A program made the translations under genes and the position numbers. From the IMG/VR virus record IMGVR_UViG_3300030108_001449: 64,000 nt of DNA. One strand, 5' to 3'. Within the stretch, counting starts at the first letter, position 1, and every line of letters begins with the position of its first letter. Under the pieces are notes generated by a model, which saw nothing but the letters and a program-made list of their open reading frames with translations, searched no databases and was not told the DNA's origin. This DNA is from an uncultured virus (IMG/VR IMGVR_UViG_3300030108_001449). Lineage: Duplodnaviria > Heunggongvirae > Uroviricota > Caudoviricetes. Positions 46,278 through 55,048 of the stretch are shown one piece after another.

Positions 46278-48769
46278 AGGTTTCTCCCAAACTTTTGTTC
46301 AAGCTCCAATAATTTTAAATCTGCTTGCTGATCCAAACGCTGCATTGCAACGTCTAATTTATCATCAGCAATGTCTTTTTGTATTCCTAGCCTTTGACTG
46401 GCAAGCTCTGTTTCCAATAGCTTTTCTTGATCTCGTTGCTGTTGTTTTGCGTCAAATTGAGATGCGTCAATGTCTAACTCTTTGTCTTTCAGGTCAAGCT
46501 CTCTCTGCCTGATTGCGACAAGAGGATCTACCTCATCAGACTGCTGACCAATTGACTGCAAAAACTCTTGGGTTAATTGAGCCATCACTGGTGCTGCAAA
46601 TTGATCCAATATCATTTGTATCTGCATCTGCATTTGTTGCGCTTCTTGTGGCGTTACTTGCTGCATCTGTTGAGAGATGGCTTGTATTCTTTCTTGCATT
46701 TCAGGAGGTATTTGCTGCATAGATATTTCAGAAGCCAAGAACTGCAAGTGCTGCATTATGTGTGAAATGATAATGCTTTGGAATTGTGGGTTCTCTTTGA
46801 CCACCTGAGTTAAAAACAAACTCCTGTGAGTATCTACATGGGCAGCGTGGTTCTGGCCTTCAAAAGCTTGTGCTGGCTGGCCCAACAACAAAGAAGAGTT
46901 CTCCAACCCTGCATCCACTGGCCTTGGAGTCATGTCTGGAGGAGGCTGAATTAGGTTTTCAACGTTATCCACCCCAAGTGCTGCGTACATTCTCCTGTAC
47001 GCTTCGTAGATGCCCATCGGGCCATGCACTTCAGGGTTGCTCTGAACCATCTGCAACAGCTCTTGAGCCATCGTTATTCTTTGACTTTGACTGAAAATAT
47101 TAGGATCAGAGACAGGTATGACATCTATCCTGCCATCAAAGTCAGTCGCTTTAATGCTTGCCTGACCGCTTCCGGTTTCGTAAGGATATTCTGGGGGCAA
47201 GTATTCGTTGAACACTTGTGCTAACAATTGGAACTCTAAACGTTGTGAATAATGCAATCTTTTGTGGATTGCGCTCATCACTTTTGTTCCTCTTTCGAGC
47301 AAAGCAACAGTTGTTCCAACAGGCATCGCTGTATTCATATCGCCCACGTTCATATCTGCAATTGCAGCAAAACGCTTACCAGAATCTACCAATAACCCAA
47401 GCAATTGCATTAAGACGTTGCTTGGCTCTTTGATTGGCAAAGGTATTAAGTTTTCTCTTAAAGAACCACCAGTTGTATCAATGTCTCTAAATTCGCCGGG
47501 GGACAAAGGTTCGTCTTCGTCCCTGATTCTCATGCCTCTAGCTTTAAACCCAGCAGGGAGGTTTGCAAGTGTTCCTGCGTCAATCAACTGCCGTAAGATT
47601 GAAGTGGAAGCCTTAGATAAACCACCAATCATGTGAGAAAGGCCAAGGCCGTAGAATCCTAAACCCGGCAAAAACTTGTATTGCACAAAGAAATTTACTT
47701 TGTTTTTGTAAGGATCGTTTGGATTGAAGTTGCGTCTAATGGAAAGCACTCTTTGAGAGTTTTCATCAATGGTTACGATGTAAGGCAGCTTTAGCCCTGT
47801 AGGAGATCCATCCTCTCCCATGTCTTCAAAACCTTCCAGATCCAAAATTGTATGCACTTCATAAACAACATGATCCCTGTCTTCTGCATAACTTGCATGA
47901 GTGCCTTCTATTTCATCGATTGCTTCTGTCACATCAGAAGAGTCAGCAGAATACGATCCTTCTTTTATGTCTACGTTTGCGTAAAACCCAGAAAGCTGTT
48001 GTTTCTTGATTTCATTTCGTGACATGGATATCGCATGAGTGACACGCTCTGCGCTGCTTAAATCAGCAGCCTCATAAGGCACAATTAAATCTTCAGGAGC
48101 GATAAACTTAGAAACTGCTTTGTTCAACACAGTATCGAAATATATTTTTTTAAACGCGCTTCCTGCCAAGGGTAAATAAAATAGCAACATGTCGAGTTCA
48201 GGATCGTACTCAGACATGATGTTCATGATGTAAAAATTCATGAACTCTTGTACACGCTCTGCCTGATTCTCTGAATCTGGAGTCCTTGCTCCTAACACTT
48301 GCGTTTTGACTGGGCCTTTTGCTGGAAGCATTTCTTTGTAAGCTTGCGCTTGAAACTGAGTAACTGCCTCTGCAAGTATTGGATGTATTACACCACTCGA
48401 TCCTTCAAATGGTTGAGATCTGGATTCATCGAATTTCATTCCAAGATACTTCAAGCCATCTGTGTAAGTTTTTTCCCACTCTGATCTGCTGTTTTTGTCT
48501 TGTTCAATTGAAGACAAAATATCAGATGACAAAGCGTTAAGCTCTGACTCATCAATAAAGTCAACCAAATTACTATCAAATGGGATTTGTTCTTCTTCTG
48601 GCGTTTGTGCTATTTCTTCGTCAATTAATAAGCTGTCATCACTGACAAGAATTTCAGCAGCGTTCTGTATTTGTTGCTGGCGTGTTTGTTCTGGAAATAC
48701 GCTAACAGAAGATCCCATCTCCCTGACTTCTGGAGTTTCTGGAGTTCCACCTACTCTTTCAACAGCCAT
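46274..48769 (-). CDS. Portal protein
   Basis: 831 aa after terL; PFEGSSGVIHPILAEAVTQFQA, LPLAGSAFKK, LRQLIDAGTLANLPAGFK. Confidence 0.9.
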   Translation of the reverse strand: MAVERVGGTPETPEVREMGSSVSVFPEQTRQQQIQNAAEILVSDDSLLIDEEIAQTPEEEQIPFDSNLVDFIDESELNALSSDILSSIEQDKNSRSEWEKTYTDGLKYLGMKFDESRSQPFEGSSGVIHPILAEAVTQFQAQAYKEMLPAKGPVKTQVLGARTPDSENQAERVQEFMNFYIMNIMSEYDPELDMLLFYLPLAGSAFKKIYFDTVLNKAVSKFIAPEDLIVPYEAADLSSAERVTHAISMSRNEIKKQQLSGFYANVDIKEGSYSADSSDVTEAIDEIEGTHASYAEDRDHVVYEVHTILDLEGFEDMGEDGSPTGLKLPYIVTIDENSQRVLSIRRNFNPNDPYKNKVNFFVQYKFLPGLGFYGLGLSHMIGGLSKASTSILRQLIDAGTLANLPAGFKARGMRIRDEDEPLSPGEFRDIDTTGGSLRENLIPLPIKEPSNVLMQLLGLLVDSGKRFAAIADMNVGDMNTAMPVGTTVALLERGTKVMSAIHKRLHYSQRLEFQLLAQVFNEYLPPEYPYETGSGQASIKATDFDGRIDVIPVSDPNIFSQSQRITMAQELLQMVQSNPEVHGPMGIYEAYRRMYAALGVDNVENLIQPPPDMTPRPVDAGLENSSLLLGQPAQAFEGQNHAAHVDTHRSLFLTQVVKENPQFQSIIISHIMQHLQFLASEISMQQIPPEMQERIQAISQQMQQVTPQEAQQMQMQIQMILDQFAAPVMAQLTQEFLQSIGQQSDEVDPLVAIRQRELDLKDKELDIDASQFDAKQQQRDQEKLLETELASQRLGIQKDIADDKLDVAMQRLDQQADLKLLELEQKFGRNL

Positions 48770-48790
48770 AGCAAATTCTCAACAAATCGA

Positions 48791-50275
48791 TTAGTAGTAA
48801 ACCATACGCTTTTTAGGCAGAAAATTCACCTCATCTGGGTAATCTTCATCGAGCGCAACAAAGCCTCCCTGCCTGAATCGCATTAATGCCATTGTCATGC
48901 TGTCCACATAGTCGTCGTTATCGCCATAAGGAAAAGCAGCGCATTCTTCGATGACTTCTTCAGCAAAGGTATCGTCAGTAGCCCAGACCATTCCTGACTC
49001 GAAGATAGGAGCAACACTGTTCATTCTTGCTATTTTATCCTGACCCCTGCTTGGAGAGTAAGCAGTGACAGGTATTCCCATTCTTCTCAACTCTTGAGTT
49101 AAAGGTGTGCCACTAGCCTTGGCTTCTATCAAAACGCAATCAGGTTCCCAATACCTGTATTCTTCGTAGGCAACTTTTTTAAGTTCTGGAAAATCCACCC
49201 TCAAACGTTTTGCGTCAAGCAAAATGATCTGGTCTGCTCCACCTTCTTCTGGGTTAAAGATAGCCCATGTGGTGATTGCAGAGTAATCAGCAGTTTCTTT
49301 TTTGCTAAAAGCTGTGTCGTAAGATTGAATGACATACGAGTAAGCAGGAACGTCTTCAGGCTCCCACCTATTCCACCACTCTCTTTTTACAATAGAGCCA
49401 GCCTCTGCTGTTGGATTTTGCAGCCACTGGCTGTTCCATTTGTTTATGGGAAGAGAAGCTTTTACTGAAAGCAGTTCTTCTTTTTTCCAGAACTCAGGCC
49501 AGAGCGGAGTTTCGCTCTCAGGCATGATTGCAGGGAACTCCACAACATCCCATTGGTCTGCGTGTTCATCGCCTTGTTTTTTTAACACCTTGCCAACCAG
49601 ATCTTTTGTGCTCCATCTGGTCATAACAATTATAATAATCCCACCGGGCTGTAAACGCTGCCTTGGCCCTGACGTATACCATTCGTATGCTGATTCCATT
49701 GCAGTGGGTGACATGGCATCTTGCTCTGAATGTGGATCATCAATGATCAACAAATCTGCGCCTCGCCCTGTAATCGCGCCTCCCACACCAGCAGCAAAGA
49801 ACTCTCCTTCTTGATTGCTTGTCCAACGTCCTGCTGATTTGTTATCAGCTTGAAGTTTAAGGTCAGGGAAAATGACGTTGTAGTCTTCTGAGTCGATTAT
49901 GTTCCTGACCCTTCTGCCAAACCTAACAGCCAGTTCTGCTGTGTGAGTTGTTTGGATTATCTTGAGGTTTCCTCTCAGCCCCATCATCCAAGATGGAAAG
50001 TAGGTGCTGGCAAATTCTGATTTAGAATGTCTTGGAGGCAGACATACAATAAGTCTTTTAAGTTTCCCTTCAGCTATCTTGTTGAATTTTTCGCCAATAA
50101 TTTTGTGATGCCTTCCTTCAATAAAATCAGGCCACAAATGTTTGACATAGCTAATAAAGTCTTTTCTACAGGAATCCTGTTTCTCAAGCTGATCGTAACG
50201 ATTGAGCAAGGCAACAGCTTCTGCCTTATCTTGCTGAGACAGTATGTCAAAGTCTTTGAAGTTTAGTTCAGCCAA
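48791..50275 (-). CDS. terL: Terminase large subunit
   Basis: PPRHSKSE, GRGADLLIIDDPH, VMTRW, SYDTA..ADYSA, IEAKASG, DDYVDS. Confidence 0.95.
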   Translation of the reverse strand: MAELNFKDFDILSQQDKAEAVALLNRYDQLEKQDSCRKDFISYVKHLWPDFIEGRHHKIIGEKFNKIAEGKLKRLIVCLPPRHSKSEFASTYFPSWMMGLRGNLKIIQTTHTAELAVRFGRRVRNIIDSEDYNVIFPDLKLQADNKSAGRWTSNQEGEFFAAGVGGAITGRGADLLIIDDPHSEQDAMSPTAMESAYEWYTSGPRQRLQPGGIIIIVMTRWSTKDLVGKVLKKQGDEHADQWDVVEFPAIMPESETPLWPEFWKKEELLSVKASLPINKWNSQWLQNPTAEAGSIVKREWWNRWEPEDVPAYSYVIQSYDTAFSKKETADYSAITTWAIFNPEEGGADQIILLDAKRLRVDFPELKKVAYEEYRYWEPDCVLIEAKASGTPLTQELRRMGIPVTAYSPSRGQDKIARMNSVAPIFESGMVWATDDTFAEEVIEECAAFPYGDNDDYVDSMTMALMRFRQGGFVALDEDYPDEVNFLPKKRMVYY

Positions 50276-50731
50276 CTAAACGTTCTCCCAAGCTTCTCCT
50301 TTGAAAAGCCTTGACTCAGCCTCTCGCCTTCTAATTAATCCATCAAGAACTTGTCCACCAGCACGATTCCAACGCTTCATTTGTCGAGGAACCTCTTCCA
50401 GATTCCCAGCGTTCAGTTCCTTGAGCATTGTAGAATCAGCAAGGTTTGAAGGGCCAAGGTTATACGTCCACGCAACGAGAGCATCGAATTCATTTTGCTC
50501 TAAATCTGTCTCTACATATTTTTTAACGTAATTTTCAAACTCTGCTAAATCCTCTGCCAGCATCGTTTCTGCTTCTTCTTGGGTGCAAGTATCGCCATCA
50601 GAAACACCAGCAGTGTGACCGTAGCCTATGGTTGGTACGTCAGCACTGCACCTATATGCGCTTAACTCGCATCCTTCAAATGATTTAATTAAGGAGATCC
50701 CTTCTTGGGATGTTTTCAAATCGTCATTCAT
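50276..50731 (-). CDS. Endolysin (GH24 phage lysozyme)
   Basis: IKSFEGC.L.AYRCSADVPTIGYGHT..GLIRRREAE. Confidence 0.95.
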   Translation of the reverse strand: MNDDLKTSQEGISLIKSFEGCELSAYRCSADVPTIGYGHTAGVSDGDTCTQEEAETMLAEDLAEFENYVKKYVETDLEQNEFDALVAWTYNLGPSNLADSTMLKELNAGNLEEVPRQMKRWNRAGGQVLDGLIRRREAESRLFKGEAWENV

Positions 50732-51119
50732 CTTGTTTGTCCTCTGACTGATCAAGATCACGATAATACTTTAAAATGTTTATGACTTGCCTCAAATATC
50801 TTTTGACTTCAGCCATGTTCGTAGAAAGATTCTCGTAACCTTTTGCTGTTAAAGAATACCATGCGTTTGTTGGAGCATTACCTTGCTCAAGATCATCTAA
50901 ATACTCTTGCATGAGGGAGGGTGTCAAGACAGTCCACTCGACTGGCACAGGATCGATTTGGTTTGGTAAAGGAGGGTGATAGATAGGGGCTTGTTTTTCT
51001 ATAGTCACCACTTCAACAGGTTTGACCTCTGGTATTTCTCTTTTAGACCCTAGTACAGAGCACGCACTAGCCAGAAGCAGTGTTAGAAATAATAAAATCT
51101 TGATCAAATTGTTTTTCAT
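50724..51119 (-). CDS. Outer-membrane spanin lipoprotein (Rz1-like)
   Basis: Signal peptide with lipobox LASAC, Pro-rich, overlaps the upstream spanin gene. Confidence 0.7.
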   Translation of the reverse strand: MKNNLIKILLFLTLLLASACSVLGSKREIPEVKPVEVVTIEKQAPIYHPPLPNQIDPVPVEWTVLTPSLMQEYLDDLEQGNAPTNAWYSLTAKGYENLSTNMAEVKRYLRQVINILKYYRDLDQSEDKQDE

Positions 51120-51507
51120 CTGTTATCTGCTTCAGGTCATTCAGCACTGTTTTCGTGCCGCGATTGATAATATTTTGGATTAGCTGAGGCTTCCTGATTG
51201 ACAGCACATCGATAGAATGCTTTGAAAACTTTTTTCTGATATCAGTGACCTCGTTTTGAGCAACCATGTTTTCTTTTTGCAATCGCTCGACTTGGGCAAC
51301 CATGAGTTTGTGATTTTGAACAGTTTGTTCTAAGTTTTGATTTTGTTTCTCAATGGTTCCTTCAAGGGTTTTTTGATTCTGAATTGACTGCTCTAACCTT
51401 ATATGAAACGAGTCCAATTCAGCTTGTGATTTATCGTAATACATTTTGAAAGCACCAGATACAAGCACCAAAGCAACGCCTAAGCCAACGCTTAATTTAA
51501 ATCCCAC
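51067..51507 (-). CDS. Inner-membrane spanin (Rz-like)
   Basis: N-terminal transmembrane helix followed by a coiled coil. Confidence 0.7.
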   Translation of the reverse strand: MGFKLSVGLGVALVLVSGAFKMYYDKSQAELDSFHIRLEQSIQNQKTLEGTIEKQNQNLEQTVQNHKLMVAQVERLQKENMVAQNEVTDIRKKFSKHSIDVLSIRKPQLIQNIINRGTKTVLNDLKQITDEKQFDQDFIISNTASG

Positions 51508-51819
51508 TTATGACCCTTTCTTCCATTTTTTGGAGGGTGACTTAGTTTTGCTAGGTGACCATTTGACACGGTTTGCCCAGTAAGCTGCTGAAAGCTTGCC
51601 CTTTTTTATATTTTTTGCATGGCGAGATTTGAACGCTTTTCTTTGACCTACAGTCTGATTGGTCTTGACACCCTGCTGCCCGAATCGAATGGTCTTAACC
51701 TTGTCGCCTTCTTTTGCTACAACTATGTGTGATTTCTTTGGATGATTAGGAGTTCTTTTTGGCTTGTTGTAACCAGTGACCCCTGCTCGTTTTAGTCTGG
51801 AATCTTTCTCTTTAGGCAT
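51508..51819 (-). CDS. Small basic protein
   Basis: Homolog of 62012..62296 (GYN.PKR..KVK..RFG..RK.F..RH..YW). Confidence 0.7.
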   Translation of the reverse strand: MPKEKDSRLKRAGVTGYNKPKRTPNHPKKSHIVVAKEGDKVKTIRFGQQGVKTNQTVGQRKAFKSRHAKNIKKGKLSAAYWANRVKWSPSKTKSPSKKWKKGS

Positions 51820-52061
51820 TATCGCTTCTTACCTTTGTGCAGCCCATGCTTTGCATGTTGCTTGCCTTTCTTAGTTGCTGCCCTTTTCTTTTTGTTGGCT
51901 GCTGCCAGCTTGGCTCTGCCAGCTTTGGTTGATTTTAGTTTTTTGATAGTGGCTGAAGGCGCATAAACCTCACCAGTTTCTGATGACTTTTTACCACTAG
52001 GGGTTCGCCATTTTTGCTTAGTCCATTTCTTTAAAGACTTTTGAGATTTCTTCAATGCCAT
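51819..52061 (-). CDS. Small Lys-rich protein (DUF5872-like)
   Basis: SLKKWTKQKW; similar to 61473..61799. Confidence 0.65.
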   Translation of the reverse strand: MALKKSQKSLKKWTKQKWRTPSGKKSSETGEVYAPSATIKKLKSTKAGRAKLAAANKKKRAATKKGKQHAKHGLHKGKKR

Positions 52062-52148
52062 TACTGATTATGCTCTTTCAGTTTCTGTTGACGAATCCAT
52101 TCTTCTATTTTTTTTTACTTTCTATTTTTTGTTGTGCTTGTTTTGCCA

Positions 52149-52358
52149 TTAGTTCTTGTATCCACCACCTTTAGCCTTGTACTGCTTTGCAAGCATTTGA
52201 GCCTTACGAGCAGACCATTGCCCCGGCTTCCCACCTTTTGATCCAGCTTTTATCTTGTTAAACAAAGCTTTCCTCATAGTGGGTTTTGTGTAGTTTCCAG
52301 CTTCGTTGACTTTAGATTTTGCTTTCTTTTTTGTCGTAGTCTTTTTTTTAGGAGGCAT
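52149..52358 (-). CDS. Small Lys-rich protein (DUF5872-like)
   Basis: NYTKP..GGKPGQWSARKAQ..YKAKGGGY. Confidence 0.65.
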   Translation of the reverse strand: MPPKKKTTTKKKAKSKVNEAGNYTKPTMRKALFNKIKAGSKGGKPGQWSARKAQMLAKQYKAKGGGYKN

Positions 52359-52360
52359 TC

Positions 52361-52570
52361 TTACACCAAAAAATTAATTGAACTTTCCTGTCTGGCACGT
52401 TCCATTTGCACTTTGTTATTTTTTGAAATATACAGGGTGCTGTCAAGCTGTTCTACCCTCTGTCTTTGCTCTTCAACTTGCAGATTATCCATAAGTCTTT
52501 GATACTTTTGCTCTGCTACCTGTCTCCAAGCTATTTGATTTGTTGGTGTTGTTGCTCCTATATCCATCAT
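52361..52570 (-). CDS. Hypothetical protein
   Basis: 69 aa in the late operon. Confidence 0.55.
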   Translation of the reverse strand: MMDIGATTPTNQIAWRQVAEQKYQRLMDNLQVEEQRQRVEQLDSTLYISKNNKVQMERARQESSINFLV

Positions 52571-53031
52571 TTAAAGATCAGTATGACCCCTCCAATTAAA
52601 ATAAATGCACAAAGTAACCCTATAGCGGTCACCCCCATAATCACCCAGATCTGTTGAACCATTTTTTTTCTGGCTGCTGCTCTGGCTTTTATCGCCTCCA
52701 TCTGTCGTTTGTGATTGGCTTTTTGTCTAGCTTTAGCTTCTTCCCACCGCTGCAAGAGAGCTGGATCGTGAATAACCAACATATCGTGTAGCGACTTTTC
52801 CCATTGATCCCTGCGGTGCTTGATACTTTCGAGTTTTAACAATTCTTGGGATGACAGGTTGTTGATTACTGAGTCTTTCTTTTCACGCTCAAACGAATCC
52901 AGCGCATCAGAAAAACCTTGCATCAATTCGACGGCTTTGCTGGCCCCATCGCCGACCTCATTGAGCTTATTGATTGCTTGGCTTATGGTGCTGAGGATCG
53001 CACCTGCTGCCGCGACTGATTCTATAATCAT
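52567..53031 (-). CDS. Membrane-anchored coiled-coil protein
   Basis: C-terminal transmembrane helix. Confidence 0.65.
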   Translation of the reverse strand: MIIESVAAAGAILSTISQAINKLNEVGDGASKAVELMQGFSDALDSFEREKKDSVINNLSSQELLKLESIKHRRDQWEKSLHDMLVIHDPALLQRWEEAKARQKANHKRQMEAIKARAAARKKMVQQIWVIMGVTAIGLLCAFILIGGVILIFK

Positions 53032-53040
53032 GGTAAACCT

Positions 53041-53361
53041 CTATGGCTTACGCGACATATAGGCCGTGGCTCCAAAATAAAGACCTATTATGCTGGCTTG
53101 GCTAAGGAACAACATATCGCTTAGGGAAGACAAGGTTGAGAGGCGTTCTTCTGGTACAAACGGAAATAAAGGCAATAAAGAATATAAAACCATTGATGAC
53201 ATAGCAACCCAAGCTATTCTGCGCTGGCTGTCTTGCTTCTCCTCTCGCAAGTCCAATTCCAGCATTTGCGTTGCCCGCTCTAGTTCCTCATCGGTTACAG
53301 TGCCGTCATTATCTATATCATATTTCGCCCAGACACTGTTTTCTTGTAGCTTTTTTGGCAT
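53041..53361 (-). CDS. Holin-like membrane protein with an N-terminal EF-hand-like loop
   Basis: DIDNDGTVTDEE loop plus two hydrophobic helices, near the lysis genes. Confidence 0.55.
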   Translation of the reverse strand: MPKKLQENSVWAKYDIDNDGTVTDEELERATQMLELDLREEKQDSQRRIAWVAMSSMVLYSLLPLFPFVPEERLSTLSSLSDMLFLSQASIIGLYFGATAYMSRKP

Positions 53362-53363
53362 AA

Positions 53364-53585
53364 CTAATCCCAAAATTTTTGGTTGGCCCCAGCCATTACA
53401 GGGCGACAATAGGCTGTTATGTTTTGTTGCCTGACTCCTCCCCTACACTTTGAATCTCGACAATTATGTTCTATCCAGAAAGCAAATTGCTGACATCTAT
53501 GAATGTCTCGAAATAACATTTGTTCTGCACCATCAACTACATTTCCATCAATCACAGTGATGAGCATAAAAGCTAAGATTGCCAT
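53364..53585 (-). CDS. Small Cys-containing hypothetical protein
   Basis: 73 aa; FRDIHRC..FA..ITAYC.P. Confidence 0.55.
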   Translation of the reverse strand: MAILAFMLITVIDGNVVDGAEQMLFRDIHRCQQFAFWIEHNCRDSKCRGGVRQQNITAYCRPVMAGANQKFWD

Positions 53586-53588
53586 TAG

Positions 53589-53771
53589 TCATAGGATTTT
53601 GGCTAAAACAACACTAACCAGAATAAATGGATAGACTCCCCAGATCAACATTTCTAATCGTTTAAATTTTGCTGAACCTTCGTCCAGACGTTTTTCGATG
53701 TGCTCATATCTAATCGCGCATTCGCGCTCATGGGTCTTGATTTCAGACAACGCCTCAGAATCAGACATCAC
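53589..53771 (-). CDS. Small coiled-coil membrane protein (XhlA-like)
   Basis: HERECAIRY..IEKRL.EG..F.RLE plus C-terminal TM helix. Confidence 0.6.
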   Translation of the reverse strand: MMSDSEALSEIKTHERECAIRYEHIEKRLDEGSAKFKRLEMLIWGVYPFILVSVVLAKIL

Positions 53772-53880
53772 TTTTTCTTGAGCGTTTTCTCTAAACGTGC
53801 TGCTTGAGAGGCGTGCATCTTACTTGCTTTTTTCAGCTCTGCAATCATTTTGCGTTTTTGCGCGACAGTCATTTCAGCCA

Positions 53881-54087
53881 TTAGTCTGACCTTTTTACAA
53901 ACTTAATTGGATTGGTTGTGGCTCCATCTTTTGCCTTACCAATGTTTAGGGCAACCATTTCTATCACTGGGTAAATGTACTTACCCATAAATTCGTTATC
54001 TTTTGGCGTTGGCGTTACGGCGCAAATCGCACTGCTTATCGTGACAAACAGGCTGGCGTATATCAGTAGGTCTGCAATAAAATCCAT
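53881..54087 (-). CDS. Small holin-like membrane protein
   Basis: TM helix then TPTPKD..ALNIGKAK. Confidence 0.55.
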   Translation of the reverse strand: MDFIADLLIYASLFVTISSAICAVTPTPKDNEFMGKYIYPVIEMVALNIGKAKDGATTNPIKFVKRSD

Positions 54088-54096
54088 TTTTTTTCC

Positions 54097-54801
54097 TTAC
54101 AAGCGATTCCCATCATTATCCACTGGCCACACGTTCAGATTTGCTGCGACTGTTCTCCTTTCGCCTTCACCCTCAAATGGATAAACCATGTGTTGCAGCC
54201 AGCAAGGAAACATTAAAAACTTTCCAACTTCTGGTTTTATTATAAACGATTGTGGGGGAGAAAGTCTTTCAGCGTCAGTCTGGCTGTTTCTGCCATAAGA
54301 AAACGCCAAACACCCATCAGCGTTCCCCGAGGCGTTGTAAAGTCGAAACTCCTTAGAATTTGCGTCTGGCTGATCCAATATTTGATCTGGAACCTTAGTC
54401 CACAAAACACAAGAAATGCCCATAAGTGTTTTGGTTCCGTGATCATGGATTGGATTATAGTCTTTTTCATAGCTATGGACAGACCAAATTTCGTCAGTCG
54501 CAACCTCCCTTTTCCCTTCAAAAAAATTACCGGTCATTGAACAAAACTGTTTCACAAAGTCTGTACCTAAACCTTGGATTAATGTGTTAAATTCTTGCAA
54601 CTCTTCGCAATGCGGATTCATTGTGAGTTGCTGGCCTCGCGTTATTTGTCCAACCAAGCTCCCAGCATGACTTTTTCGAGTTTCGCTGACCATTAGCTTG
54701 TCAAGATACTTATTAAGAGAATCAGTTGTTTCTTTAGGCACACGAGCCTCCAGCATAAAAAATGCTGGTATAGTGTGAATCAGGTAGTCTTGCTGAGCCA
54801 T
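54097..54801 (-). CDS. Putative 2OG-Fe(II) oxygenase
   Basis: DYNPIHDH..ISCVLW..PEVG..MFP.WLQHMVYPF.GEGERR. Confidence 0.8.
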   Translation of the reverse strand: MAQQDYLIHTIPAFFMLEARVPKETTDSLNKYLDKLMVSETRKSHAGSLVGQITRGQQLTMNPHCEELQEFNTLIQGLGTDFVKQFCSMTGNFFEGKREVATDEIWSVHSYEKDYNPIHDHGTKTLMGISCVLWTKVPDQILDQPDANSKEFRLYNASGNADGCLAFSYGRNSQTDAERLSPPQSFIIKPEVGKFLMFPCWLQHMVYPFEGEGERRTVAANLNVWPVDNDGNRL

Positions 54802-54813
54802 GATTAAGGTTTT

Positions 54814-55029
54814 TTAATCAGCAGAAACCTCAAAAGCTGTGCTTTCTGATTCCAAATTGGAAACATTATCTTCTGCTGGAGCCTGTTGTTTTAACTCATT
54901 TAAAAATCGTTCGCGCATTGCTCCTATCGCTGAAAGCTGGTCGCCGTTAAACATGCCTCGTTTTGCAGCAACATCAATTAAATTTAAGACGTTTGCCAAA
55001 TCGTGCGTTTCTATAAATTTAGTTTCCAT
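54814..55029 (-). CDS. Hypothetical protein
   Basis: 71 aa, LIDVAAKRGMF.G..L..IG. Confidence 0.6.
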   Translation of the reverse strand: METKFIETHDLANVLNLIDVAAKRGMFNGDQLSAIGAMRERFLNELKQQAPAEDNVSNLESESTAFEVSAD

Positions 55030-55048
55030 CGTCCTTGCTCCTGTTTTT

